A DNA stretch of 64,000 bases from Chitinivibrionales bacterium (GCA_038247415.1 JBBRUX010000007.1:1-64000); one strand, 5' to 3'; counted from the first letter of the stretch, positions 19,438 through 29,808 are shown. Translations and numbers: made by a program. Notes: generated by a model not told the origin, from the sequence alone.

Positions 19438-20808
19438 TCACACCATCGTTACTATTTCCAGTACTTGTTCCACCATGTAAATAGGCAATGATACAAGAGT
19501 AAACGCAACGCTTTTCCCATTGCTGGTGAGCGAAACTGCAACTTCCTGCTTGGATGGGGGATTAAGATCGAAACGAATTGCCAGATTCAGATTCCTGTCC
19601 GCCACAACCTGCTGCAGCGACTTTAGGGAACCGCTGTTGCCGGATTTTACTTCTATAGGGATGATTCGGGTGCCTGATTGTATTACAAAATCAACTTCCG
19701 CATTGGAGGTGCGTAATTCCCTCAACCAATAAAAAAGCGAGGGGCGAAAAAATGGACCCTGCACAAATTGCAGATGCTGCGCAACGAACTGCTCTGCCAT
19801 AGCTCCTTCGTTGATAAATTGGGTAGAGGTAAATTCCTCGATAGTTACCCCCCTAATACCACGCATGGTATTGGATAATCCAATGTCAAGTGCATATGGT
19901 TTATACACTTTTTCATCACGCAACCCGTCTATAGGAATTCCGGCGCATGAGGTATGATACGCCGGCATAACAACACGTGCTTTGGCCAGCAAATCGAATG
20001 CTTCGCGAATATCTGCCGCTTTTGCATCACGATCAATCTGAGTATATTTGAATTTGTTCCCTATGGATGTCGGCAGAAAATCAAATACCCTTTGCAAACG
20101 TGCAAGCCGAACACCGGAGGCGTACGTGCCAAAATCATCTCTGAATGTTTCGGCAATCCTTTCATGTATTCGTACAACCTCTTCGACATCCCTGTTTTGA
20201 ATAAAAGCAGCTGTCGCTTCAGGCATACCACCACACAACAAGTATTCACGCAAAAATATTAGGGATTTTTCGTGTGCCCCGGAAGAAAAACCAGCGCTCA
20301 ATTGATAACTTTTCAAATAAGAAATTAACTGATCTTCGTTATGTGCCGATAAAAATTCAAAAAAGGTTACTGGGCCAATGTGTAAATATTCCACTCTGCC
20401 AACCGGCATGGAAAAGGAGTGATCGGCAAGAGCAAATTCAAGGAGCGATCCAGCTGCAATTATTGCCAGATCCGGTTTTTCTTCATACAAATATCGCAAT
20501 GCTGCAAGTGCCGAAGGCGTTGCCTGTATTTCATCCAGAAAGAGGAGCGTTCCCTCTGTCGATACCGGCCCTTGGTTACATAAAAGTTCAAGTTCAAAAA
20601 GAATATCATGTACCGAAAGTGTGGCAAAAATCTTTTCGAGACGAATTGCTTTTTCAAGATTTATCTCAAAGAGTTTCAGGCTATTGTCGGCAGCAAAATT
20701 GCGCACCAATGTTGATTTTCCAACCTGTCGTGCACCACGAATGATGAGCGGTTTGCGCTTATCACTATGATACCATAGTGCCAAATCGTGCTGGTATTTT
20801 CGTTTCAT
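19438..20808 (-). CDS. AAA ATPase with DUF4143 domain
   Basis: GARQVGKS Walker A, FLDEIQ Walker B, GGMPE, C-terminal EVDF..IPIEVKSG nuclease-like motif. Confidence 0.9.
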   Translation of the reverse strand: MKRKYQHDLALWYHSDKRKPLIIRGARQVGKSTLVRNFAADNSLKLFEINLEKAIRLEKIFATLSVHDILFELELLCNQGPVSTEGTLLFLDEIQATPSALAALRYLYEEKPDLAIIAAGSLLEFALADHSFSMPVGRVEYLHIGPVTFFEFLSAHNEDQLISYLKSYQLSAGFSSGAHEKSLIFLREYLLCGGMPEATAAFIQNRDVEEVVRIHERIAETFRDDFGTYASGVRLARLQRVFDFLPTSIGNKFKYTQIDRDAKAADIREAFDLLAKARVVMPAYHTSCAGIPIDGLRDEKVYKPYALDIGLSNTMRGIRGVTIEEFTSTQFINEGAMAEQFVAQHLQFVQGPFFRPSLFYWLRELRTSNAEVDFVIQSGTRIIPIEVKSGNSGSLKSLQQVVADRNLNLAIRFDLNPPSKQEVAVSLTSNGKSVAFTLVSLPIYMVEQVLEIVTMV

Positions 20809-20819
20809 AGACATAATAT

Positions 20820-20904
20820 ACAAAACAAGGGGATGTTTTGTCAATAATAGTATTTTTTAAGGCCTTGATTTATACTAAAAACAGACAAAACAAGGGGATG
20901 TTTT
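20820..20904. promoter_or_regulatory. Two copies of a palindromic operator-like site
   Basis: ACAAAACA-AGGGGA-TGTTTTGT at 20820-20841 and ACAAAACA-AGGGGA-TGTTTTAT starting at 20885; the first 20 bp are identical. Confidence 0.65.
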
Positions 20905-21170
20905 ATCCAAAACCCCAAATTTCACACTATTTCAAATACTTTCCTAATCGAAAAAATCTGGACTTACCCTTAGGTGTGCGAAAGTTGAGCTACATTTTTA
21001 GAGCACCCATGCCCCCATGTTTACCAAGATTAATCACTTTATTTTTTAAAATTTCTCCTTGTATTATTCATAAAATAGCCGGATAATAAGCACGCAGATA
21101 AGTTTAGGAAACAGGACCTTTGCTCGAAAAAAATCATTTAAGCGTTTAAATTGCAGATGCGGAGTATATA

Positions 21171-23375
21171 ATGGCTACGGTGATGATTATTGCGCATGAC
21201 CCCAAAGAGTCCGTTCTCCTACGTCAAGTATTTCTAAAGCTCTCGATTAATGTGGTTACGTGCCTTCCAACCTATGCGAGCTACCTTAAAACACTGCAAT
21301 ATGCTCCCGATGTTGTGCTCATGGAAATGTCAGCTAACAGCAAAATGCATCTTAACTTTCTTAAAGTTATTCGGTCTAATAAAGGTATCGCTCAAATTCC
21401 TTTTGTTCTTTTTGGCCCCGAACAGGATCCTCGCGTGTGTGAGTTTTTAGGGGCTTTGGGGCTTACTACCTATTTTAAACGGCCTTTTGATATAAAAGAA
21501 ATGATTAAAGCTGCTTTTGCTTTAATTCAAGCAAAAAAACAGAAGAAAAAAGCCGAAATTAATAAAAATCAGGTTGCCGACGAGGAGCTCAAAAAACTTC
21601 TGTCTAAAAGCGTTTCGGTTCCTGCAAAGCTCGATATCATGGCAGCGCATATCGAAAATTTGCTTGCTTTTCCGGCAACGGTCGCAGCCATTCTCAAGAT
21701 ATCGCAGGATGAAAAGAGTGGAGCTTATGATCTAGCGCAAGTTATCAAGTCCGATCCCTCTGTGTCAACGGAAATCTTAAAAGTCGCTAACTCGGTTCAT
21801 TTTGGACGGGGTGGAAAACGTCTCGTGGAAATTAAAGATGCGGTTGTACGCATTGGCTTTTTGCAAACAAAAAGCGTGGCAATGTCGTTATCTGTTTTTA
21901 AGATCATGCAGGATAAGAATTATGCCACAGGCTTTAATCATACCGAATTCTGGCTTCATGCTGTGGGCGTTGCAATTATTGCAGAAAAGCTCGCTAAAAG
22001 CTCCAGGCTTGTTTCACCCGATCAGGCCTTCATGGCAGGGCTTGTGCATGATCTGGGGATAATGCTCTATAACGAATATTTTAATGCTATTTTTCTTGAC
22101 ATGCTTGATACAACAACAACCGATGGTGTGCGCTTTTCAGATTGTCAAATGGAAAAGGTTGGATTTACTCATAATCAACTTGTTGCGCGCATGCTTAGTG
22201 CCTGGAATTTTCCAGAAGAGTTTGTAGCAGATATAGAATATTTCTGCATGGCTTCGATACTTAACGAAAAAGCCCTCGCAGAACGTCCTACAGCCGTGAT
22301 TGTTACCGTGGCAGATATTATTGCAAAAAGCCTCGTTATCGGCAGAGAGGCCGATTGTTGCGTAGACCCTATTCCCGCTGGAGTTCTGGAAAGATTGGGT
22401 ATGCCATATGGTTTACTTAAAGAATTTGTAGCCTCTGTATTTGATGAAATCAATGTGTTTAATGGAATTTTGCATATCGATAAGAACCTATTCCCTATAG
22501 TCAACGATTCTATTATAGATGCGCCAACTGTTCAGTTGTTGTGTTATTCATTTTCAAGTGAGCAATACAATCCTGTAATCACTTACCTGCAATCGCATCG
22601 GTATAGTGTTACGCTTGCAAAAAGTCTCGACGACTTTTATCATAGCGAAAAGAAATTCCATTTGTATGTTCTCACCGATGCGAGCAATGCAGTAATCGGA
22701 GATATTGGCCAATTGGCCTCGCTTAAAACCATGCTCTATGCAAAAGATAAAGAAGAGGCGGTTTTGCACGATGCTAAGATGATGCTTTTTGATACCAAAA
22801 AAGAAATCGATACCACCTTACTTGGCGAAAATTCTGTTGTGTCGTGCTTTCCGGTCGATTTGCGAGCTATTGATATGGTTCTTGCGTGTATGATTTATGA
22901 TCAGCCCCTTATTTCGCCACATAACAAGTTCGGTGCCTTCAAACCCATGCGGACTATCACGGTAGGCGGAGCCCCGGTCGATATGAGAACCATTCTTATA
23001 GTAAATGATCACAGCTCATTTCAAAAACAGTGCACTCAGGTTGTTGCCTCGGCTCCTACATATCGGGTCGAAATTGCCAATGATGGATTAAAAGCCCAAA
23101 ATCTTGCCAAAACTGCCACGCGTGAAATTGCTCTGGTAATTATCGATGTGCATATTCCAATTGTATCGTGTGCCGAAGTAGTAAAAAGTATCAAGATGCT
23201 GCCTGGTCATAAACGTGCAAAATATCTGATAACCTTCGAATCTGCTGAAAAGAGCGAGCTGCTGCCGCTTGTGTCACTTGGCGTAACTAGTTTTATCCGG
23301 GAGAAAATCACCGATCAGGATCTCGGGCTTAAAATAATGGGGCTCCTCAATCTCCCCTCGCAGTCAAATGCATAA
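21171..23375 (+). CDS. HDOD domain protein with degenerate receiver domains
   Basis: N-terminal receiver-like fold (LMEMS at the phospho-Asp position), HDOD (LAFP, SDPSVSTEILKVANS, AGLVHDLG), C-terminal receiver-like domain (IIDVHIP). Confidence 0.85.
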   Translation: MATVMIIAHDPKESVLLRQVFLKLSINVVTCLPTYASYLKTLQYAPDVVLMEMSANSKMHLNFLKVIRSNKGIAQIPFVLFGPEQDPRVCEFLGALGLTTYFKRPFDIKEMIKAAFALIQAKKQKKKAEINKNQVADEELKKLLSKSVSVPAKLDIMAAHIENLLAFPATVAAILKISQDEKSGAYDLAQVIKSDPSVSTEILKVANSVHFGRGGKRLVEIKDAVVRIGFLQTKSVAMSLSVFKIMQDKNYATGFNHTEFWLHAVGVAIIAEKLAKSSRLVSPDQAFMAGLVHDLGIMLYNEYFNAIFLDMLDTTTTDGVRFSDCQMEKVGFTHNQLVARMLSAWNFPEEFVADIEYFCMASILNEKALAERPTAVIVTVADIIAKSLVIGREADCCVDPIPAGVLERLGMPYGLLKEFVASVFDEINVFNGILHIDKNLFPIVNDSIIDAPTVQLLCYSFSSEQYNPVITYLQSHRYSVTLAKSLDDFYHSEKKFHLYVLTDASNAVIGDIGQLASLKTMLYAKDKEEAVLHDAKMMLFDTKKEIDTTLLGENSVVSCFPVDLRAIDMVLACMIYDQPLISPHNKFGAFKPMRTITVGGAPVDMRTILIVNDHSSFQKQCTQVVASAPTYRVEIANDGLKAQNLAKTATREIALVIIDVHIPIVSCAEVVKSIKMLPGHKRAKYLITFESAEKSELLPLVSLGVTSFIREKITDQDLGLKIMGLLNLPSQSNA

Positions 23376-23679
23376 CGCCATCACTGTTGCCTGCTGCGCA
23401 ACACTTTATTCCTCCTTTTCCTTATAATGCGTGCATTTTTCCGCGTTCATGGGTATATTTTTATTGATGAAATGTAGCTCATGTGCTGGATTTATACTAC
23501 CAATGCAATGTGGTCAAAATATTTTTAAAAGCTTTCTTCACTTTCTTTTTAAAAAACACTATTTTAAGAGACTATGCCTCGATCGAATTGGGATTTGGGG
23601 TTGGTTATTTAAAGGCTTAAATTGAATTCTCTTAAATTTATGTGTGTTAATTTATTTTTTTACCGAAAGGAATGCGCTT

Positions 23680-24888
23680 ATGACTAAGCGATCTTTGATT
23701 GTACAAGGCGCTGTTGTGCTATCGTGTTTTGTGGCGGGATGTGATTTCCCATATAAGCCAGTAGTTCAGACGCAGCCTGGTGTTGTTATAAAACCTGCAG
23801 CTCTCGTTGGCTTGCACCCCATTAATTCTGGGCGCCAAATTTGTAATGCCAACGCTTCAAACGATCCCGTTAATTTTAAAGCATGTATGCTTTTCTTGAA
23901 CCTAATTGGTCCAATGAAATTAAGCTTTGTGGATCCAGTCTGGGCAGCGGATTATGGACCCGATGCAGGAGAGCATGATCGCTTAACTATTGTTGATACG
24001 GGCAATGTTGTACGTTGGTATATGAAAGTTGGGAAAGACTATATTTCTGAAGATGCAATTCAAAAGCCCCGTTGGTCTACCCATCCAGATTTTATTTCTT
24101 TTAATGGCGAAGTCGATGAAGCAAATGGGTATGCAATTCGCATATCTGATAAAAAAGTTTTTAAATTTAATAATGGCAAATTTAATGGAGGATCAGCCGC
24201 CCATATCTGGGTCGATCCAGCGGTTCCTTCTGGAGCAATGTTAAATGTAGATCCCTCTGCTTTTCCCGCAACTGTTACCTATGATTCTGAAACGGGTATG
24301 GCAGATACAACAAGCATTAAGAGCTTTTTTGGAACACGGAACGTTAAAATAGTTTACTCAAAGGTTATCAATACTAAATTCGCACTGTATTATACCGATT
24401 ATTCTGAGGCGACTCCAACAGAACGTGCACTCGCAAAGCCACTTCAAAAGGAAATCTACAATTGTGAGAGCGCTCAAATATCACCTGATGTAAAGGGGGA
24501 TTGGATTATTTATAATTGCTACAAGGGCGTGAATGATCCAGTTGCTTATTATCAAAAGCTTGAGCCGAACTCTAAGCCCGCTGCTTTGAGCAATCTGCCA
24601 CGAAGTGCAGAACCACGATTTTTTAAAGATCCTGAAACAAACGAATTATTTGCAGTATATTGCAATGTTTTTGATGCCATCGATAAAGATTTGGGGCTTG
24701 AAATAGCAGACAATTCATTAGGAACTACCTATATTCGCTCCCTAAACCTTAATAGCGCAGTCACCTTTAATAGATTAAAAGAAGAGCGGGTACTTATTGG
24801 AATGCCATTCCGGGGAGGGATAACAGCAGATGGTGGCTTTTTGTGCACTGGCTATCAGTTCGGTTATATATATCATCTAAGCAATTAA
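23680..24888 (+). CDS. Lipoprotein, possible TolB-like beta-propeller
   Basis: Lipobox VAGC; PRWSTHP and QISPD repeats resembling PD40; AAGGA RBS before ATG 23680. Confidence 0.6.
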   Translation: MTKRSLIVQGAVVLSCFVAGCDFPYKPVVQTQPGVVIKPAALVGLHPINSGRQICNANASNDPVNFKACMLFLNLIGPMKLSFVDPVWAADYGPDAGEHDRLTIVDTGNVVRWYMKVGKDYISEDAIQKPRWSTHPDFISFNGEVDEANGYAIRISDKKVFKFNNGKFNGGSAAHIWVDPAVPSGAMLNVDPSAFPATVTYDSETGMADTTSIKSFFGTRNVKIVYSKVINTKFALYYTDYSEATPTERALAKPLQKEIYNCESAQISPDVKGDWIIYNCYKGVNDPVAYYQKLEPNSKPAALSNLPRSAEPRFFKDPETNELFAVYCNVFDAIDKDLGLEIADNSLGTTYIRSLNLNSAVTFNRLKEERVLIGMPFRGGITADGGFLCTGYQFGYIYHLSN

Positions 24889-24909
24889 ATTTATTAGGAG
24901 CTATAAATC

Positions 24910-26091
24910 ATGAAATTTAATGTTTTACAAAAGAAAGCGCTTGGCGGAATCGGTGCAGCCAGTTTAGTGGTGGCAGGCTTATTCTGTGCTGTTTCGCTTA
25001 TTCCTTCGGCACAAACAAAACTTTCCAATGCTGGTTTAATGCTTACACCATGGGCAACCGTTGGCGGTTGTGGTGCCGGCGGTTCTGGTGGTGGTGGCGG
25101 CGGTGCAAAATGGGTTGGTAAGGGTGTTGCAGGTGGTTTGGTTGATGTTCAGATTATGACAACCCCCTTAAGTGTCGGTCAAAATTTCCATAATTCATCC
25201 GTGTCAACACGGCTGAGCATGAAGCCACGCTGGGATACTCAAATTGGGCTTTCAATTCCTGTTGTGTCAAAAAGTGGTGAAGTTCAGCCAACAACACTTC
25301 TTGATCCAAAATTTTCTGTGACAACAGGTGGTATGGGCGATCTTGGCCTTGATATATCTCAAAGCTTGGGTATGGAAGGTCAGTATTCTGTTGGCCTTGC
25401 AGTAAGCCTACCAACAGCTCAATACAATATTAAGCGTGGGTCAGATAAAGTAAGCACCATTCTGCCTTCTGGTCTTCAAAAAGGATCTGGCCTTTACGGT
25501 GTATCATTGGCGCTTGGGTACACTAAAGACGTAAAAGATGGCATCTGGCTTGTAGATGCAGGGTATAGTCATCCGATGGCGATGCGTTTGTTTACTGGTG
25601 AAAATGAATTCAATAAAACTTGGTTTAAGTATAGCTATGCAGCAGATTCAACATTAAAGGATGATAAACGATTTTTCTATCGTTTTAAGCCTTATGGCGA
25701 GAACGACCTTGGGGATTATACTCCTCCAAGCGTCAGTTTAAGTTGCTATTTTGGCTATAAAGGAGTAGCAAATTATATGCATTCTTGGGGTGTAACTCTT
25801 GGGGCTCCTTTGGGTATAGCGTGGGTTCATGATGAGAGTGTACTTGGAACCGTTGTAAACTATAATCCTCGACCCGATACAGATCATAAAACATGGTCTG
25901 CTACGTTTAACTATGGTATAGAATTCAGCAGTGCAAAGTATCCTCTTTTTGCGGCTGTATCGCTTCCATTTCATGCAAAAAGTGCAGTTGCTGCGGATAA
26001 GAAGGCTCCAGGTTCCGAATTTGCTCCTGATTGGAAAGATTTTGGCCAACAGTGGAGCTTTTTTGTAGGCGTTAAATCAACCATGTTCTAA
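24910..26091 (+). CDS. Hypothetical outer-membrane beta-barrel protein with Gly-rich N-terminal segment
   Basis: Signal/TM segment, GGCGAGGSGGGGGG, alternating beta-strand pattern (GMGDLGLDI, LAVSLPT), terminal Phe; AGGAG RBS. Confidence 0.55.
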   Translation: MKFNVLQKKALGGIGAASLVVAGLFCAVSLIPSAQTKLSNAGLMLTPWATVGGCGAGGSGGGGGGAKWVGKGVAGGLVDVQIMTTPLSVGQNFHNSSVSTRLSMKPRWDTQIGLSIPVVSKSGEVQPTTLLDPKFSVTTGGMGDLGLDISQSLGMEGQYSVGLAVSLPTAQYNIKRGSDKVSTILPSGLQKGSGLYGVSLALGYTKDVKDGIWLVDAGYSHPMAMRLFTGENEFNKTWFKYSYAADSTLKDDKRFFYRFKPYGENDLGDYTPPSVSLSCYFGYKGVANYMHSWGVTLGAPLGIAWVHDESVLGTVVNYNPRPDTDHKTWSATFNYGIEFSSAKYPLFAAVSLPFHAKSAVAADKKAPGSEFAPDWKDFGQQWSFFVGVKSTMF

Positions 26092-26123
26092 CTACTTCTT
26101 TAACTATTATCAATGGAGGTCTC

Positions 26124-26525
26124 ATGAAAAAACGTTTTGGTTTTGCTGTATTGTGTGCTGTTGGTTTGAGTATAGGTCTTATGGCTTCTGGATGCAAGGA
26201 ACCACCACCACCACCACCTTCATGTGATACATGGGTTATAAAAAACCCTATGGCTGGTACAACATTAAAAGTTGGCCAAACTGTTAATATTGAGTGGTGT
26301 GTGCCAGCTTCTGTCGATTCTTTGGGTGCAAAGCGGGTTAATGTTTTGTTGGCAATAGGAAAAAATGTATATCAACTTAATCAAGAGCCCGTCGTCTACC
26401 CAACCAGAAGCTTTTCATTGACAATCGTAGATTCTCTAGTTGGCGATGTTTGCTATCTTAGAGTCAAAGATTATCAGCAACAGAACTTGGTTTCTGAAGA
26501 TTTGCAGATAAAAATCATTCCATAG
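26124..26525 (+). CDS. Small lipoprotein with polyproline linker and Ig-like domain
   Basis: Lipobox ASGC, EPPPPPPS, GQTVNIEW; GGAGG RBS. Confidence 0.7.
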   Translation: MKKRFGFAVLCAVGLSIGLMASGCKEPPPPPPSCDTWVIKNPMAGTTLKVGQTVNIEWCVPASVDSLGAKRVNVLLAIGKNVYQLNQEPVVYPTRSFSLTIVDSLVGDVCYLRVKDYQQQNLVSEDLQIKIIP

Positions 26526-26536
26526 TAAAATCAACC

Positions 26537-27640
26537 ATGCAAGCTCTTCCTCAACACTCCCTCCTCATCCTCGGTGCATCCGGCTTTATCGGATCGCACC
26601 TGGTGGAGCGGTTATTGTCAGAAACGTCTGTTTCTGTTGTGGGGATAGATGTTAATGTGGCAAAGGTGGGGGAGTATCTTGCGGATAGCAGATTTACGTA
26701 TGTTAATCTAGATATTTACGATGCAGAAAAAGTCCGCGCCTTTATCAAAGGTGCGGACGCTGTTGTTTCTTTGGCAGCGCTGTGCAACCCCTCGCTTTAC
26801 AATACAACACCCTTGGCTGTCATCGAATCGAATTTCACCCGGCCTATCGATATTGTTCGTATGTGTGCCGAAGAGAAAAAATGGTTAATACATTATTCTA
26901 CCTGTGAAGTATATGGGAAAACGGTTGCTCATGTGAGCAATGCCGATGTGCAAACGCAGGAAAATACTCTTTTGTCGGAATATTCAACACCGCTTATTAT
27001 GGGTCCTGTTTCTGCGCAACGATGGTGCTATGCAACTGCTAAGCAGTTGCTTGAGCGCACTATTTTTGCGTATGGTTTTGAGCAGGATCTTGCTTATACT
27101 ATAGTCAGACCGTTTAATTTTATTGGCCCTCGCATGGATTATATCCCGGGTATTGACGGAGAAGGGGTACCGCGCGTAATCGCTTGTTTTATGGATGCTC
27201 TTATGAGCGGAACGCCTTTGCAGCTTGTTGATGGTGGCATGAATAAGCGTACCTTTACAGCAATAGATGACGCAATAGATGCTCTGATGCTTATCCTTGC
27301 CAAACCTGCACATGCTCGCAACGAGATTTTCAATATAGCAAATCCTGCAAACGAGATAAGTATCTCGGCACTTGCCGAAAAAATGATTTACGCTTACGAA
27401 AAAGTACGCAGACCAGATATGCCGCTGCCTATGGGCGCTGTGCAGGTATCGTCGGAAGAATTTTATGGTGTTGGCTACGAAGATTCCGATAGACGTTTAG
27501 CAGATATTAAAAATGCACGAATAAAGCTTGGGTGGAATCCCTGCCGTGGACTCGACGAAGCGCTTGCAGAAACAGTTGCGTGGTATGTTAACCATTATGC
27601 CTTGGCAATGACCGAAAAAAAGGCACTTAATGCTAGGTGA
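26537..27640 (+). CDS. UDP-apiose/UDP-xylose synthase-like SDR (UDP-glucuronate decarboxylase family)
   Basis: GASGFIG; LAALCNPSLYNT, STCEVYGKT, QRWCYATAKQL, RPFNFIGPRMDYIPGIDG.GVPRV, EFYGVGYEDSDRR closely follow plant AXS/UAS motifs. Confidence 0.85.
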   Translation: MQALPQHSLLILGASGFIGSHLVERLLSETSVSVVGIDVNVAKVGEYLADSRFTYVNLDIYDAEKVRAFIKGADAVVSLAALCNPSLYNTTPLAVIESNFTRPIDIVRMCAEEKKWLIHYSTCEVYGKTVAHVSNADVQTQENTLLSEYSTPLIMGPVSAQRWCYATAKQLLERTIFAYGFEQDLAYTIVRPFNFIGPRMDYIPGIDGEGVPRVIACFMDALMSGTPLQLVDGGMNKRTFTAIDDAIDALMLILAKPAHARNEIFNIANPANEISISALAEKMIYAYEKVRRPDMPLPMGAVQVSSEEFYGVGYEDSDRRLADIKNARIKLGWNPCRGLDEALAETVAWYVNHYALAMTEKKALNAR

Positions 27641-28355
27641 TCTTGGTATTGTCATGCCGGCTTATAATGCCGGTAAGCTGATACCAGGGGTTTTAGCCCG
27701 GATACCCGAAACACTCTGGAAGCAGATTCGCTTTTTTGTAATTGTAAATGACGGGTCGAGCGATGATACCGCCGCGATTATCGAAGAATGTAAAGTGGGA
27801 CGCGACTGTATACACACGGTTCATTTTCATGAAAATCGCGGATACGGTGCTGCAGTGCGTGAAGGGTTGTTAAAATGCCGCGTTCACGATTGTTTTGCAG
27901 TGATATGTTTGCATGCAGATGGTCAGTATGCGCCCGAAGCTCTTGTTGATCTGCTTAGAGGAATTCGCGAAGATACGTACGATATTGTTCAAGGGTCCCG
28001 TATAGCATCGGGTACTGCCTTGTCGGGTGGGATGCCACTCTATAAATTTGTTGCGAATAGAATTTTAACGTTCTTTGAAAATTGTGTTTACGGTTTACGA
28101 TTAACCGATTATCATAGTGGATATCTTGCCTATTCACGTAAAGCGCTCGAAATACTTCCCTTCGAAAGATTTAGTTCAACGTTTGAATTTGATGTTGAAG
28201 TAATTGCTACGGCGCGTTCGCATGGTTTACGTATAGGCGAAGTTCCCGTCCCAACACGGTATGCAGGAGAAAAATCCCATGTGCCTTCGATTCAATACGG
28301 TTTTAGGGTTCTGGGTGTTATGGTTAAATACCTTCGTGGGAAGTACAAACCATGA
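27630..28355 (+). CDS. GT2 glycosyltransferase, DPM1/ArnC-like polyprenol-phosphate type
   Basis: MPAYN, VNDGSSD, NRGYGAA, HADGQY, GSR, LTDYHSGY. Confidence 0.88.
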   Translation: MLGDLGIVMPAYNAGKLIPGVLARIPETLWKQIRFFVIVNDGSSDDTAAIIEECKVGRDCIHTVHFHENRGYGAAVREGLLKCRVHDCFAVICLHADGQYAPEALVDLLRGIREDTYDIVQGSRIASGTALSGGMPLYKFVANRILTFFENCVYGLRLTDYHSGYLAYSRKALEILPFERFSSTFEFDVEVIATARSHGLRIGEVPVPTRYAGEKSHVPSIQYGFRVLGVMVKYLRGKYKP

Positions 28356-29257
28356 TCCTTGTAACGGGTGGTTGCGGAATTATGGGGAGCGCATTGGTAA
28401 AGCTTCTGTGCAATAAGGGTCATGCGGTACGAGTTGTTACGCTTGCGGGTGATCCTTTTGTAACGCGGTTGGATGGTCTTACGGTGGATATTCGTTTTGC
28501 AGATATTAGCAATAAAGAGTCGCTTTCGGGAATTTGCAATGGGATAACTCTGGTGTATCACCTTGCGGCTATCATCTTAACAAAAAACGAATTGCTCTTT
28601 GAAAGTATAAATGCGCAGGGAACACGAAATGTTGTGGATATTGCGATTCAATCAGGTGTAAGTCGTTTTGTGTATGTTTCATCTGCTTCCGTAACGTATA
28701 CGTTTCCAACAGCCTACGCACGTTCAAAAATTGCAGGCGAGGAAGCCGTGGTGAAAAGTGGCTTGACCTATACCATAATAAGGCCAACGCTTGTGTACGA
28801 TGATCGCGGAGGTGAGGAATTTAATCGGTTTCTGGCGTATTTGCTAAAGTATCCAATTGTTCCTTTTATTGGTTCTGGCAAAGCACTCAAGCGACCTGTG
28901 CATGTCAATGAGATTATTAATGGGCTTGCTGCAGTAGCGACCTCGGAACATGCGAATAATAAAGTGTATAATTTTTCTGGCGCGCAAGCTCTTTCAATTA
29001 AGCAATTTGCTCGCCTCTGTTTACAGGTAGCAGGCTCTGGAAATAAACCAATTGTATCGTTGCCCGTTTTTGTGTGCAGATTGATTGCGTGCGTGATGCA
29101 GCTGGTATATAAGAATCCTCCACTTTCCAAGCAAATGATTGCGGGGATAATTCAGGATGCCGACTTAGATCCCGGAAGTGCTATCAAAGATTGTGGTTAT
29201 TCGCCCACCCGCGTAACTGATATGCTTCCACACTGTTTTCCACGGAAAATATCGTAA
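28352..29257 (+). CDS. NAD-dependent epimerase/dehydratase family SDR
   Basis: ILVTGGCGIMG, HLAA, YARSK (YxxxK), RPTLVY; ATGA overlap with the GT2 gene. Confidence 0.85.
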   Translation: MILVTGGCGIMGSALVKLLCNKGHAVRVVTLAGDPFVTRLDGLTVDIRFADISNKESLSGICNGITLVYHLAAIILTKNELLFESINAQGTRNVVDIAIQSGVSRFVYVSSASVTYTFPTAYARSKIAGEEAVVKSGLTYTIIRPTLVYDDRGGEEFNRFLAYLLKYPIVPFIGSGKALKRPVHVNEIINGLAAVATSEHANNKVYNFSGAQALSIKQFARLCLQVAGSGNKPIVSLPVFVCRLIACVMQLVYKNPPLSKQMIAGIIQDADLDPGSAIKDCGYSPTRVTDMLPHCFPRKIS

Positions 29258-29319
29258 TAAAATGATTTTTTGCTGTTGTAGTGTTGTAGTAACTTTTTCA
29301 ATTTTTCAGGGGGTTGTGT

Positions 29320-29808
29320 ATGATTAAATCCAGGTTAATTCTTGGAGTCGCCATGCTCACAGGGGCCTGTGTGTTTTCGGCGTTTGCCGCAGATGCAGCA
29401 GCAAAGCCAGCAGCCAAGACGGCGGTAAAGCCTGCCGCTGCAAAAGTGGCCGATACGCTTGTTATCGAGGGCCGGGTGCTTGAGATTCCAGGGAAGTTTC
29501 CACCAAACGACTTGTACAACTATGTGTACATCATGAAGTATCGAGTTATTAAAGTTGTCAAAGGAGTATATGCCGAAAAGGATATTCTTGTTGGGCACTA
29601 TAATCCGCTCATTCCACGGTCTCAGGTTAAAGACGCAAAAATGAAAAAGTATGTTGCAGGTAATGTAGAAAAGTTTGAAGTTGGTGCCAAGCACAAACTC
29701 ACTCTTATCAAGTCTATTGGCACAGTATGGCAGGATGCTATCGAAGATGAATACTTTGATGCAACTGGAGACAAATATTTTGCACTTAAAGCGGATATCG
29801 CTCAGTAA
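29320..29808 (+). CDS. Exported hypothetical protein
   Basis: Signal peptide ending AFA, Ala/Lys/Pro linker, compact beta domain; in line with the MBOAT gene. Confidence 0.7.
   Translation: MIKSRLILGVAMLTGACVFSAFAADAAAKPAAKTAVKPAAAKVADTLVIEGRVLEIPGKFPPNDLYNYVYIMKYRVIKVVKGVYAEKDILVGHYNPLIPRSQVKDAKMKKYVAGNVEKFEVGAKHKLTLIKSIGTVWQDAIEDEYFDATGDKYFALKADIAQ

Noticed and set aside
25063..25105. Gly-rich GGCGAGGSGGGGGG segment as a RiPP precursor
   Set aside because: It is internal to a 393-aa barrel-like protein and no modifying enzymes are nearby
26537..28355. arnA/arnC lipid A modification operon
   Set aside because: No formyltransferase domain and no arnB, arnD or arnT; the motifs match apiose/xylose synthase better
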